From NCBI RefSeq assembly GCF_018350175.1, contig NC_058368.1:157606001-157670000 (forward strand): a stretch of DNA of 64,000 nt, read 5' to 3'. How positions within the stretch are numbered: the first letter of the stretch is position 1; each line of letters opens with the position of its first letter. Both the position numbers and the translations under genes were made by a program. Source of the DNA: Felis catus (lineage: Eukaryota). Shown here one piece after another: positions 23,393 to 36,138 of the stretch. The notes beneath the pieces are model-generated. The model saw only the letters and a list, made by a program, of their open reading frames with translations, was not told where the DNA came from and searched no databases.

Positions 23393-24239
23393 CCTCAGTC
23401 TCTATGTGGCAGCCTTGCTGGTGGAAGGAAGTCTCTGGAAAATTTTCAGACATAGCCCAACCTGCCCAAGGGTGGCTGGGAAAGGAGGTAGGACAGGTGT
23501 CACCTGTTGCCCCTTCTTCCCTCAAGACAACTGCCACACTACTTTCCCAGTGATTGTGCAGTTGTGTTGGTGGAGCAGAGGGGAAGCTGTGCTCTAGATA
23601 AGCTAGGAAATGATGGTTTAATCATTTCTGGGAAACGTGGGTGTAAGAGGTCAGGATCTAGGTGATTTTAGTATGATTCTTGAGAAATAACTCTTGTGGC
23701 GTTAGAGTGAAGGGCATCATTTTTTGGTGAAAATGGTAGCCGTGGTTTCACTTTGCTGATGAAAGTCTAAATAAGGTTTTACTTTGAAATGCCACTTATG
23801 GAAGCTGTTTGGGCCTCTCCTCTATCTTGGCAGAAAATTGTAATATCCAATAATAAGTTAACACTCTTAGACTAGTAGCTAGGCTCAAGACTAGTGAGGA
23901 ACTTGGGGTTTCCAGATCTCACTTGTTTTTAGAACCTCTGAAATATGTTTTCTTCTTATGGCTGCCTTATGCTAAAAAACCTGTTAACGGGGACACAGAG
24001 AATAGGAACAGTAATGGAAAGATAGATCCTGGATAAGCATAAAATTATTCACTATTTAAAAGTCTTGAAGGTATAATCCAAAATATGGGTCAAGGAAAAT
24101 TTTAAGGGCATAGCAATGTTATGAGATAATCTTAAATAGTCCTGTTTTGTACAACAGGCCAGTTAAATAATGAAGGGTGGAAATAAGAAATAAGATTTAT
24201 GCAATATGATAAGGAGGTAAATTTTGTTTCCAACTTTAC

Positions 24240-24350
24240 CTATTGCTAAAATTGTCCATGCTCTGTGGCCATGCTTAAGATTTTTACATGGATAGCTAAT
24301 ACAATCCTGTAGATAGCACTTTCCTGTCTTTACCAATGAGAAAATGTAAC
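24240..24350 (-). mobile_element. Degenerate MIR fragment
   Basis: tttttacatggatagctaat..aatcctgtagatag...tttaccaatgagaaaat. Confidence 0.4.
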
Positions 24351-26529
24351 ATAAACCTACTAATGAAATTGTTACAAAATAAACACAGTCTTTCCTTTAT
24401 TTCAGACTAATTTCAGCCAAGAAATGAAATGTGTAACAAAAGCCACAGAGTTACTATCATCTAATGCAGGCAAAGCATTTACTAAAACCATAATCCTCCA
24501 AATTGTCACAAACTGAATATTCTGCAGAAAGATTTGTAGTATTTGCCCCAAGTGACTTTTTAGCCATCTCTACCTCTAGAATACCACCAAAGTTTATTTT
24601 ATTATTTTTAACGAAAAGACTTCAATTTACCCATGTTGTGTCAGGAGCAGCACTTAGCAAGTTCAGTCATTTTTTAAAAATTTACCTGTGGTTAAAAAAT
24701 AACCAAAAAACAAATAATCCAAAGGTGGGAGCTGGGGGAGGAGAAAGAAAAGCATACTTACACGATGCTTTGTAAAGGCAAAAGGTTAAAAACATTTCTG
24801 CACTTGAAAATAATTGAAAATTTTTAATAATGCTTCACTTGCCAGTTGAAGCTGAGTAGGAGCAATGTGGCAGTGCTGTTTAGAATCCCTGGGGATTGGA
24901 CGCGATTTCCCTTAGGTCTCCTTGTTTGGCTCCTGTCAACCACAAAGAAAAGTGCTTTGTTTGCTCCAAAGAGAATTTATACAGAATCTCAGCAGAAACA
25001 TCTGCTGTTTTACAGCAGATAAAACTACTGAGGTATGTCTTTTACAGCTGTGAGCAAGATAATAGACATTTATTAGGACCTCTACTTCCACTTTATTACC
25101 TGATAAAAACAGATGAATTAGGCTCCCTACTTATAACATATTGCCTTGACTAAAAACAGATTGCTTTCTTGTGTGAAGTAACGACCTCAAAGCACATTTT
25201 AGCATTGTCTTAATAAGAGTAGGAAAAAAAAATGTGTATTTCCCCCTTTTGTTTCTAAGTCCACAGAGTCAGGGTGTCCATTGCTCACTTTCTCAGAACT
25301 TGATGGTATACTTTTTTTGCCAGGATAATCTCATTGATTCCAAATGGAGGCCAGGCTTTCTGGCATGGTTAAATGTCCTATTCCAGGTCATATTTTTGCT
25401 AATTTATGTCTTGACACATTAAAATTTTTTTAGCTGCTCCTGAATCTCACTTAGTAAAGCTTCTGATTGATTGAGCCAAAGAACTAGTACTTGATCATGT
25501 GAGTGAGTGTAATTAGTCTGATGCTTTTTCACATTTCCCCCAGCTGAGCTGAGTTTAATAAAATCTTTCTTTGTTTATGGGACACTTTGGGTGGAAAGTT
25601 CAGTTGTTTGACACTGATCCAGCCAGAGCCCCCAGGCCATGGATACTCAGAAACTCATGAAAATGAGGTGCCCTGTTTGATGGTCTCCAACTTGACTTGT
25701 CATTTCTGATTAATTTTGCCATTGGTTAAAACAGATGAAGACTCAAATGAGAGAAAAAAAAAAATATCTCCTGAAAAACTTTCACTGCTGATTCAACTTA
25801 ACAGTTATTTTGTGTGTTGTGATGACAATGTCTATTATAGTCCAATTTTGCTGTATTTTCTTTTAAAATACAAGGAAAATTGTGGAAAGAGGCAGAGACC
25901 AGATATCCTGCAAATGTGGGTGGGAAAGCTGAAGAGGCAGGAAACAAAATTAAGGTTGGTTCCATGTCCACCAGTTACTGGGAGTAATGGGAAAATGTAG
26001 AGAGACACTTCATCATCATTTGTTGGTTCTTCTAGTTTTTCAAGTTCTCAGCAGAACCAGGATGAAAGTTATTCTATAATAAACAAATGATTTCATGGTG
26101 ATGGAGTTAAACCTTACAAAAAAGGAGTCAAGAAACTTTCTGGAAATATTTGTGTTTCCTGGGCTGCTTAGTGTCCAGGTAAAACTGAATGCTAAGGATA
26201 AATCCTGAACTACTTCAAAATAATGTGATCACATTAGAAAATGTACTTCCTAATTCCCATGTCAATCAGTGTTCAAAATAATTGATTTTGAGAAAATACA
26301 CCTATTGCTAAAATTGCCCATGCTCTGCGGCCACACTTAAGATTTTGCTAAGCCAGTGAAAATATTTTTAAGATTGCTGTAATAATGCACACGCCCCCCA
26401 TGAAGCCGGTCTTTTCAGTACACTATTTTCCACAATTTTGGGGAGATTTCCCTGGAGCACAGTGCTCAAGTATAAACACATGATATGAAATCATATCAGG
26501 AGGGCAAATGAAGTTTTCAGTCTTTTCAA

Positions 26530-27020
26530 ACATAAAAAAAAATTAAGGGGATTTGAATTAGCCAGAGAGGTCTAGGAGCTTTTCCAAGAAAGCACTATTA
26601 AGCTGAGATCTAAAAGGCAAATAAATTTTTTTAGCCACATGATTGACCGAGGTCTAAAAGCAAGGAAGCAAACAGTGTGAGATGCAGCTGAATGGCTAGC
26701 AATTAATTAAATTGTGTGTGTCTTCTTTGTGCAAAACATGGCCTAAGCTCTGGGGATATAATGGCCAATCAAAATACACTCTGACATGGTCCTCATGTTA
26801 GTACTCCTCTATTGAGGGAGACAAACACTAGTCAAATTGCAGAAGTTAGTGTAGAATCGTCACTCTTAAATAGACCAAGATGCTAGGGGAACAAAGACAG
26901 AGGAAATTTGAACTAATTGTGGCTGCCAAGGAAGACCCTTCTATGGAAGTTAGAAATGAGCATCCATCTAAATAAGAGTTAAATAGTGAAAGAGAGGAGA
27001 GCACAGTGTTTCAGGCAGCA
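26530..27020 (-). mobile_element. L2 fragments
   Basis: ctaagctctggggatata...gagggagacaaacac; ttaagctgagatctaaaagg. Confidence 0.55.
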
Positions 27021-28094
27021 TGTATAAACATTTGAGTGTTCATCCTTCCTACAGAGACTTCTGCTCTCCTCACGAGTAGTGTAGCACAACATGTGAGAGT
27101 CTGAACTTTTTCAGTTGAAATTCTAAATAAATTCAGTGGCTGAGAATAAATTATTCAGCCAGGGTCTTAAACTGGGCTGTGGTGGGGGTAGGGGTTTTTG
27201 ATGTACACTGAGGCAGTGGACTAAGAAAGAAGTAGAAGCAATATGGAATACTTAGGTCTGGGAAAAAGAGGCTCTGGGCCCTGTACTTCTGACGTCTCTC
27301 AAGTCACAAATATACACGACACATAAGCCAATTTTTTTTAAAACCATAGGCTCTTCTGTCACTAAACATTTGTGCTTGTAGACTAACACTCATCATGCTA
27401 CAGGGAAATGCTTTCCCACATCTTGTAACTACCTCCTGGAAATAAAAAGCAATTACATCTGAATGCTGTGACGTAGCGTGCGTTATGCTACCTCCAACAT
27501 GAGAAAAAGAGAATCCTTCAGAGTCCAGGGAGGATTGGAACGGCAGAGACACTTAAATAAGAGAAAAGACAATTTAATTAACTTGTCAAATCCTTCTTCT
27601 CATAGCATGAATGCATTAGGTATCTGTATAATGAAGTTTTATGTCCCACTAGTGCTGAACATCCATTTTCTTGCTTCTCTCCATATAAAGCACTTTATTG
27701 TTCTGGACTTACTCCAGATATGCTCAATATTTGCAGTTATTGCATATGATGGCTGACGAGTATTTTGCAATATTAAACAGTTCACATTGCTCTCTCATAC
27801 TTGTGTGCATCTATGTCTAGGTATATTATGCTTAAAGTGTGACAACAATTTTTTTTTACTTTATTTTTTATTTTTTAAAATTTACATCCAAGTTAGTTAG
27901 CATATAGTGAAACAATGATTTCAGGAGTAGATTCCTTAATGCCCCTTACCATTTAGCCCATCCCCCCTCCAGCAACCCTCAGTTTGTTCTCCATATTTAT
28001 GAGTCTCTTGGGTTTTGCCCCCCTCCCTGTTTTTCTATTATTTTTTCCCTTATGTTCATCTGTTTTGTCTCCTAAAGTCCTCATATGAGTGAAG

Positions 28095-28211
28095 TCATAT
28101 GATTTTTGTCTTTCTCTGACTAATTTCACTTAGCATAATACCCTCCAGTTCCATCCACACAGTTGCAAATGGCAAGATTTCATTCTTTTTGATTGCCGAG
28201 TAATACTCCAT

Positions 28212-28274
<63 letters not shown>

Positions 28275-29573
28275 ATACATACATACCATGTCTTCTTTAT
28301 CCATTCATCCATCGATGGACATTTGGGCTCTTTCCATACTTCGGCTATTGTTGATAGTGCTGCTATCAACATGGGGGTGCATGTGTCCCTTCGAAACAGT
28401 ACACCTGTATCCCTTGGATAAATGCCTAGTAGTGCAATTGCTGGATCGTAGGGTAGTTCTATTTTTAGTTTTTTGAGGGACCTCCATACTGTTTTCCAGA
28501 GTGGCTGCACCAACTTGCATTCCCACCAACAATCCAAAAGAGGTCCTCTTTCTCCACATCGTTGCCAACATCTATTGTTGCCTGCGTTGTTAATGTGAGC
28601 CATTCTGACAGGTGTAAGGTGGTATCTCATTGTGGTTTTGATTTGTATTTCCCTGATGATGAGTGATGTTGAGCATTTTTTCATGTATCGATTGGCCATC
28701 TGGATGTCTTCCTTGGAGAAGTGTCTATTCATGTCTTTAGCCCATTTCTTCACTGGATTATTTGTTTTTTGGGTGTTGAGTATGATAAGTTCTTTATAGA
28801 TTTTAGATACTAACCCTTTATCTGATATGTCATTTGCAAATATCTTCTCCCATTCTGTCGGTTGCCTTTCAGTTTTGCTGATTGTTTCCTTCACTGTGCA
28901 GAAGCTTTTTATTTTGATGAGGTCCCAGTAGTTCATTTTTGCTTTTGTTTCCCTTGCCTCCAGAGACATGTTGAGTAAGAAGTTGCTGCGGCCAAGATCA
29001 AATAGGTTTTTGTTTGCTGTCTCCTCAAGGATTTTGATGGCTACCTGTCTTCCATTGAGGTCTTTCATCCATTTTGAGTTTATTTTTGTGGATGGTGTAA
29101 GAAAGTGGTCCAGGTTCATTCTTCTGCATGTTGCTGTCCAGTTTTCCCTTCACCACTTGCTGAAGAGACTGTCTTTATTCCATTGGATATTTTTTCCTGC
29201 TTTGTCAAAGATTAGTTGGCCATGGGTTTGTGGGTCCATTTCTGGGTTCTCTATTCTGTTCCATTGATGTGAGTGTCTGTTCTTGTGCCAGTACCATACT
29301 GTCTTGATGATTACAGCTTTGTAGTGTAGCTTGAAGTCTGGGATTGTGATGCCTCCTGCTTTGGTTTTCTTTTTCAAGATTGCTTTGGCTATTTGGAGTC
29401 TTTTCTGGTTCCATACAAATTTTAGGATTATTTGTTCTAGCTCTGTGAAGAATGCTGGTGTTACTTTGATAGGGATTGCATTGAATATGTAGACTGCTTT
29501 GGGTAGTATCGACATTTTAACAATATTTGTTCTTCCTATCCAGGAGCATGGAATCTTTTTCCATTTCTTTGTG
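28095..29573 (-). pseudogene. L1 ORF2 C-terminal remnant
   Basis: One in-frame stop at 29150-29152 (KW*REN where WCWEN is expected) and a frameshift from the microsatellite at 28213-28285. Confidence 0.93.
28213..28285 (+). repeat. (TG)n(TA)n(CATA)n compound microsatellite inside L1
   Basis: Seen directly. Confidence 0.95.
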
Positions 29574-31074
29574 GTGTCATATCAATTCTTAAACGTTGGC
29601 AACTAGATGGATATTGAAAGCTAGAAATGCAGAGTTTTATTTTTATAAAAATGTTTAATGAGCATATTTAAATTTTCAAAAATTAAAATAAAAATTGAGT
29701 ATTTAATTTTGCTTTATAATTTGATATTCATCAGTTTATATGTTACCTTTTAACTTTAATACTTTTATATATTTTAGAAGAAAAATAACTTAGCACATGA
29801 AAAGTTTTCCATTTTCTGCATTTTAAATTTACATGTTTGATTAAAATCTATTTAAATTTTATACCCTTTATACAACACATTTTACTTTTTAATCCTTTAG
29901 ATTCTTGAGAATGAGGGCCAGTGAAAAATAGAGAATTATGATAGAAATGAGGAATTCACAAGTAGAGATCAGAAAAGCAAAAAAGCTGTAAAGAAAAAAA
30001 GAAATACAGAATTTTCAAAGTGAAGTTCTACTTAGGTTAAAAATAAAAATACAGGGACAATTAGAGTGAACAGACTTTTGTTGAGCATGACCCTAATAAA
30101 ATTTGCAAACAAGAAATTACAATTTCTTATTTAATGGAGATTTATTTAACTACTGATCAAAACAATGGAAATTAACAAGAACATTATTCTCATCAACCCA
30201 CAACGGTAAATAGGTCAGATAAAAACCTCTCTCAACTTTACATTCTTTATTAAATGAAGATTTAATTTTTAATTAAAACAATGAGAATGAAAATGTTGAT
30301 CTATTTTTTTTTATCATTTTAATAACCTGGAAAAAACATAAGTATCTCTGGCCTGCCAATTAGAAGATGGAGAAATGAATGGTCTTGAAATTATCAAACA
30401 GAGGAAGAATACTCCAAGCATCTGACAGGATGATGATCTTGGAAATGGCAATGCCATGTCCTTCTGAAATTATTGCTAGTAAAACACATTCAGGTTCAAA
30501 TTAATGACTGGAATTTTACACTGCATGAACATGGCAGAATTTCTAATATTTTGTTTTACTCCAAAATTCTTTCAAGTAGGAGAGTGTAGAAACTGGCTTT
30601 TATATTCTCTGCTTAGAAACTATTTTTTTTTTTATCATTGTTCACATGTTTCACAGCCAATCTTCATGATAGACTTCAGCCAATGAATGCATTTGTGACA
30701 GGAAACACTTAAATTCTCAGTAAAATACCATGAGATGTCCTTTGCACACAGAAAGTACAGATGTAATTACCAGAAGTGAAAAAAAAAATTGTCAAACGGC
30801 AAATAATCGATAATATTCCACAAACAAAAACAAATGTCAAACTAGTACACGGGCATAATGTTCTTTAAAGAATAATGTCACATATTCAATCTTCGGCTAC
30901 GTTTAATGATACCTTTCATGGCACAACAGCACAATATTTATAGAACTTAATGGCAAATATGTAGGATGTGTAGAAATGATCTTGAAATTTGAAGAAAGAG
31001 TGACCAAAAATTTAAGATAGGTAAAAAAATAATGAAACAAGTGAAGATTGTCTGGTAGGGAGAATTAAAACACA

Positions 31075-31396
31075 AATGCATAAAGAAACAAAATGCAGAA
31101 GCACACCTGTAAATATAGAGAACAAACTGTGAGGGGGGAGATGTCAGGAAATGGGCAAATGGGTGAAAGGGAGTGGGAGATACAGGCTGCCAGTTATGGA
31201 TGAATAAGTCACAGGAATAAGGGGTACAACATAGAGAGTATAGTCAATAATATTGTAATAGTGTTGTATGATGACATATGGTAGCTACACTTGTGGTGAG
31301 CATAGCATAATGTATAGGGAAGTTGAATCACTATGTTGTATGCCTGAAACTAATGTAACATTGTGTTTCAATTCTACTCAAAAGGAAAAAAAAAAA
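31075..31396 (+). mobile_element. Carnivore L1 3'UTR fragment
   Basis: agagaacaaactg...gatacaggct.ccagttatgga...cctgaaactaatgtaacattg, then A tail. Confidence 0.88.
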
Positions 31397-31996
31397 GGAT
31401 AAGAAAAGAATCTTATCAAGGGGAAAACTGTGATAGTGGTGCTAACATGGTTGATAACAACAAAGATGATTTTGGTGAAAAATTCATGATTCTTTATGCA
31501 ATTTACAGTACATAGTTTGACTCTGTTACTGAGAGAGATTGCTTCAATATTGCTAATGTTATTGACATTTTGGGGAATAGCTTAAACGTTATATACAGTA
31601 TTTTCAGGATCTGTCCAAAGGTGGAACATATTGAAAAAAACATCAAGTTTGATGTAGTACACATGGATTAACAATATTTACTTGCTATTAATATTAGCAA
31701 AAGCTTAGAAGAAACATCTAACTTTGGCTACTTCACTTTTGAAAAGATTAAAAAAACTCTTAAAATTTAAAGAAAATTTTTATAAATAGAAACTGCAAGT
31801 GCAATATGCAACAAAAGCAACAATTTGAAAAAAATATAAGAAAATTGAAGAAATAAAAATGTTCACATAACTAAAAGGAGAAAATTCACATACACAAAAA
31901 AATCCCCAGACTAATTTCTGTAAATGCTATTTTCTGGCTAATAGAGACCAAATAACAATTTGAACAAATTGAGCAATGTACTGCTGTCTTCAGTTT

Positions 31997-32030
31997 AAAA
32001 AAATTTTTTTTTAAATGTTTATTTATTTTT

Positions 32031-32067
<37 letters not shown>

Positions 32068-32227
32068 GGGAGGGGCAGAGAGAGAGGGGGAGACACAGAA
32101 TCTGAAGCAAGCTCCAGGGTCTGAGCTGTCAGCATAGATCCCAATGCAGGGCTTGAACCCACAAGCTGTGAGATCATGACCTGAGCTGAAGTCGGATGCT
32201 CAACCGACTGAGCCATCCAGGCGCCCC
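31997..32227 (-). mobile_element. Can-SINE
   Basis: TSD ctgt(c/t)ttcagttt at 31984-31996 and 32227-32239. Confidence 0.95.
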
Positions 32228-33147
32228 TGTTTTCAGTTTTTTTAATATTCCAGAATTGGAAAATGTAAAAGCAGAAGAATTAGGAAAACTTATATGAATC
32301 TAGATACTGTCTTAAGAGATCCTGAGAGATCTTGGTGTGATAGCAACCTATATGATGAAATTCAAATACCATACTTGATAATATTGTTTTGAAATGAAAA
32401 TGTTTCAAAAGTACATCTATTACAATATTTGAGCATGAAATGTGAAATAAGTGTTCAATTCTGAATTGAGTACTGTTTTAAAAATTTTATTGACAATTCC
32501 ATTTGTCACTATCTCAGTAGAGCCAAGTTTTTCCAAATGGAATTAATAAAAAGTATGTAATAATTTTGACCCAAGAAAGGTTTTCTAGTTTGGCATTTCC
32601 TGTCAGTAGAACTCAAATTATGTGAAAAATCTTGATTTTAACAACATTATTAGTAATCTTGATGGGCCAAAGGCAAGAAAATATATTTTATAGAATAAAT
32701 ATATAATAACTTGAGTTACAGATGTCTTTATTGCTCATCCAAATATTACTCAGGTGTAATAATAATTAAGTTCAGTAGTCTTTGTTACTTTGCTGACTTT
32801 TAGTTATATAAAACCTGTAGCTTTGCCCATAGTTAAAAAATGTTGTTGTTATGAGTTGTTAAGATAGGAAGAGAAGACCTGTTTTAACTAACAGTTTTGT
32901 TAACCTGATTTATAACTTTTATATATGGCCCTTCACTTGTATTCTTGCCCCAGTCTTAAAAATCTTAGAGGTATATTTGGGTGAACTGCTTCTCTCACAT
33001 ATATAAAATATTCTAGATGGAGGGCAATGGACCTGCCTATTGGACAGTAGCCTGGAGCCCATGGTTAGCCTCATTTGGTTAATCATTGGTAGGATAGGAT
33101 TGTGGACAGCCTGGTGTTAGGCCATAAGGATAAACAGCAAACAATAT

Positions 33148-33358
33148 ATATTTTTTTCATTTTTATTTATTTTTGAGACAGGGAGAGACAGAGCATGAAT
33201 AGGGGAGGGTCAGAGAGAGGGAGACACAGAATCTGAAACAGGCTCCATGCTCTGAGCTGTCAGCACAGAGCCCGACGCAGGGCTCGAACTCATGGACCAC
33301 GAGGTCATGACCTGAGCCGAAGTCGGCCGCTTAACCGACTGAGCCACCCAGGCACCCT
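33148..33358 (-). mobile_element. Can-SINE
   Basis: TSD acagcaaacaatat at 33134-33147 and 33360-33373. Confidence 0.96.
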
Positions 33359-34319
33359 GACAGCAAACAATATTAATTGCTATCCCATGAAAGATTTAGA
33401 GCAGGTTGGAAAGAACTTAAGAATGCCAGATGCCTGGGTATGAGGATAAGGGGAAGGAGGTTACTTTTAAGTAGTTAGTACTCTTTTCCAACTCTTCTCC
33501 CTTTCGTGTTCCACCCCAGTTCTGGGATTTGCCACACTAAAGACAAGTCCCTAAGAGCAAGATAATTATTCATGGGTTTTTTTCTAATGCTTACAAAAGC
33601 CTCTTGTGTACTTAATCTAGCCCATCTGAGTTTCCTTATTTGGTAATTTTGAGTGAGAGTTTTAACTTATTATACCATATAGCTTTAATGGTTAGGAGGT
33701 AAAAAATAATTATAAAATGCTTGGTAAAAATAAAGGCAAAATGAATGTGCCATGATAATATTTGCCATCCCTATAATACATTGAAAAGCTATTTATCATG
33801 CTGTTATGATCTATTTGCTATATTTTTGCTTGGTTGGTGATTACTTTCTTGGCAATGTTTTTATAGGAATGATCAAAAATTATCAGAGTTAAATGAACTT
33901 TCTTCAGATCTAATTACAATTATAGGCTTCTTTTCCTAGAGCATGACCAAAAAGAGAAAAAAAAAAAGGAAAGAAAAAAGGAAAAATATCTACCTTGGAC
34001 AGAGAAAAATGAATTTCCATGTATTTTCAGAGTTTGGCATAGCACTGAACTGGATTTACAAAACAACTTCTCCTACCCTTGGCAGATTATTTAATTTTTC
34101 GGTCATGATGGTTCAAATATCAAGTTCATGTATCAGTGTTCCTTTATTTGTTAGTTGAAGTGACCTTGCCCTGATAGTTTCATTCTACTTTCACTACCAG
34201 ACCTTGATAAAACAAAAAGTTAACAGTGTTTGGAAAGTATAACAAAAATCTTAATATATATTGTATGTATACATACACACACACACACGTTATTTTATTT
34301 TTTTATTTTTACCTATTTA

Positions 34320-34570
34320 CTTTATATATATATATATACATATATATATATTAATGTTTCTATTTATTTTTGAGAGAGACAGAGAAAGGGAGAGACAGTG
34401 TGCAAGTGGAGGATGGGCAGAGAGAGAGGGAGACACAGAATCTGAAGCAGGCTCCAGGTTCTGAGCTGTCAGCACAGATCTCGACACCGGGCTTGAACTC
34501 ACTGAACTCACTATGAGATCGTGACCTGAGCTGAAGTTGGGCCTTCAACCTACTGAACCACCCAGGTGGC
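34320..34570 (-). mobile_element. Can-SINE with (TA)n tail
   Basis: cctattta duplicated at 34312-34319 and 34571-34578. Confidence 0.93.
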
Positions 34571-34713
34571 CCTATTTATTTAATTTTTAAAAATTGAAAC
34601 AAAAATCTTGCTTTCCTTCCCTAAGGTGTGATGGTATATGTCACTGTAGATCACAATAGAGGCAAATACCTACTCTGTTTTGGTTTTTTTTTTCTGTCCA
34701 TATAATAGAAACC

Positions 34714-35197
34714 TGTGCTAGTTATATACTGATGTGTAACAGATTACTACAACAGTTAGTTGGTTAAAACAACAAACACATATTATCTCACAGTTTTTGT
34801 GAGTCAGGAATTTGGGAGCAGATTAGGTGGGGGGCACTGACTCAGGGTGTCTCATGAAATTGCAATCGAGAAATCAGCTAGAACTGCAGTCATCTGAAGG
34901 CTTGACTGGTGCTAAAGGAACTGCTTCTGAGATGGCCGTTCCCATGACTGGTGGCAATTATCACTGTGTAGGTCTCTCCATAGGGCTGCTCAATCAAGTA
35001 TCCTTACCACATGGTAGCTAGTTTCTCCCAGGGTGAGTGACTTAGTTTTTGGTCACACATCATTATGTCTTTTTGTATTTTTTTGTATTTTATTGGTCAT
35101 ACAGACCAATCCTGATACGATGTGGAAGGAAGAATATCAGAGCATGAATACCAAGAGGCAGGGTCACTGGAGGCCAGCTTGGAGACTAGCTACCACA
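34714..35197 (-). mobile_element. MLT1F/G-like LTR
   Basis: ttaaaacaacaaac..attatctcacagtt..gtcaggaattt; ends ggagactagctaccaca. Confidence 0.8.
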
Positions 35198-35349
35198 AAC
35201 AGTGTTGTATTCAGAGCACTCAGCAACTTGGGTAGAAGCCAGAATATCCCCAGGAAAAATTTTGTCATCTGTGTCCTTCTGGAATGTTCCTTAATTTTTG
35301 AGACATGTATTGGCTACCATTGAGGCAATGGTAAAAAAAAAAAAAAGTT

Positions 35350-35545
35350 GAATGTGGCAGCCAGAAATGGCAATTCAAATTCTAGCTCTTGACTCTACCT
35401 TTGGAAGAGGTTGATCTAAATCTATCTCAGTTTAAAATGGAGGAACTAATGCACATTTGTCTATGTTTAGTAGATTGTGTGCAAGATAAAAGCCTTAGTT
35501 CTAAGTATAGTGCCAGGCATATGAGAGCTAAACAAATGCTACTTT
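35350..35545 (+). mobile_element. MIR
   Basis: ttcaaattctagctct...tctcagtttaaaatggagga...agtgccaggcata. Confidence 0.6.
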
Positions 35546-35785
35546 TTTTGCTCTTTGCCTTCAAGATACTCTAAAGCAGAATTTCCCAAGCATTGTCCTA
35601 TGAAATACCACTTTTCATCTTCTCATCCTTCCAAAGGGTGGGAAACACTTGGGGAAACACTTCTCTAAAAGAGGATTTCTTTAAAATAGCTATTAGAAAG
35701 GACATATAATAAGGTGCTGAGAATCTAATTATAATGACTGGTCCCTAAGCGAACTGTGTCAACACAGGCATGAGAATGTATTTGA

Positions 35786-35925
35786 CAGTCTTCCTAAACT
35801 TTCCTGATCCTAAGAGCAGAGATTCAGACCTAGATGTGAATGCCCAAGGGATGGGGCTGGGAATCTGGAGTTTTAACAAGGACTTTTAAAATTCTTGAGA
35901 TCACACAAGTCTAAGAAATGCTACA
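35786..35925. mobile_element. MER5A1-like MITE
   Basis: cctaaactttcctgatc...ggggctgggaatctggagttttaacaag. Confidence 0.55.
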
Positions 35926-36071
35926 TATGGTGAATTTACCTTTGGAAAGTGTAATGTGGGATGTTGGTGGGAGTTGGGGTGGAAGGAGGTGGGCACCTAG
36001 AGGAAAGGGAAAGAAATTTTGAGATTTTCTCCCTCAGAAATTATGGCATTGTCACTGATTTAACATTTCCA

Positions 36072-36073
<2 letters not shown>

Positions 36074-36136
<63 letters not shown>
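36074..36136 (+). repeat. (CT)n(GT)n compound microsatellite
   Basis: Seen directly. Confidence 0.97.

Positions 36137-36138
<2 letters not shown>

Larger units (their letters stand above)
27849..29573 (-). mobile_element. 5'-truncated young carnivore/felid L1 (ORF2 C-terminus, 3'UTR, A tail)
   Basis: ORFs 29150..29515 and 28130..29119 share one frame and match L1 ORF2 ([33 protein letters not shown]); T-rich tail at 27849. Confidence 0.97.
30560..32690 (+). pseudogene. Decayed hAT transposase
   Basis: GECRNWLLYS; NVL*RIMSHIQSSATFNDTFHGT; NGKYVGCVEMILKFE; DSGANMV; FFMQFTVHSLTLLLREIAS; LYTVFSGSVQRWNILKK; LKILLTIP..SVEPSFSK..TQERFSSLA..NLDFNNIISNLDGPKARK (hAT dimerisation domain). Confidence 0.85.
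27158..32979 (+). mobile_element. Fossil hAT transposon (Tip100/Zaphod-like), interrupted by two L1 pieces and a SINE
   Basis: Collinear transposase motifs from 30.5 to 32.7 kb; right end tattcttgcccc...aaatcttagagg; left boundary uncertain. Confidence 0.8.

Noticed and set aside
28130..29119. 329-aa ORF as a host gene
   Set aside because: It is the L1 ORF2 C-terminus in a 5'-truncated copy, with an upstream stop and a microsatellite frameshift.
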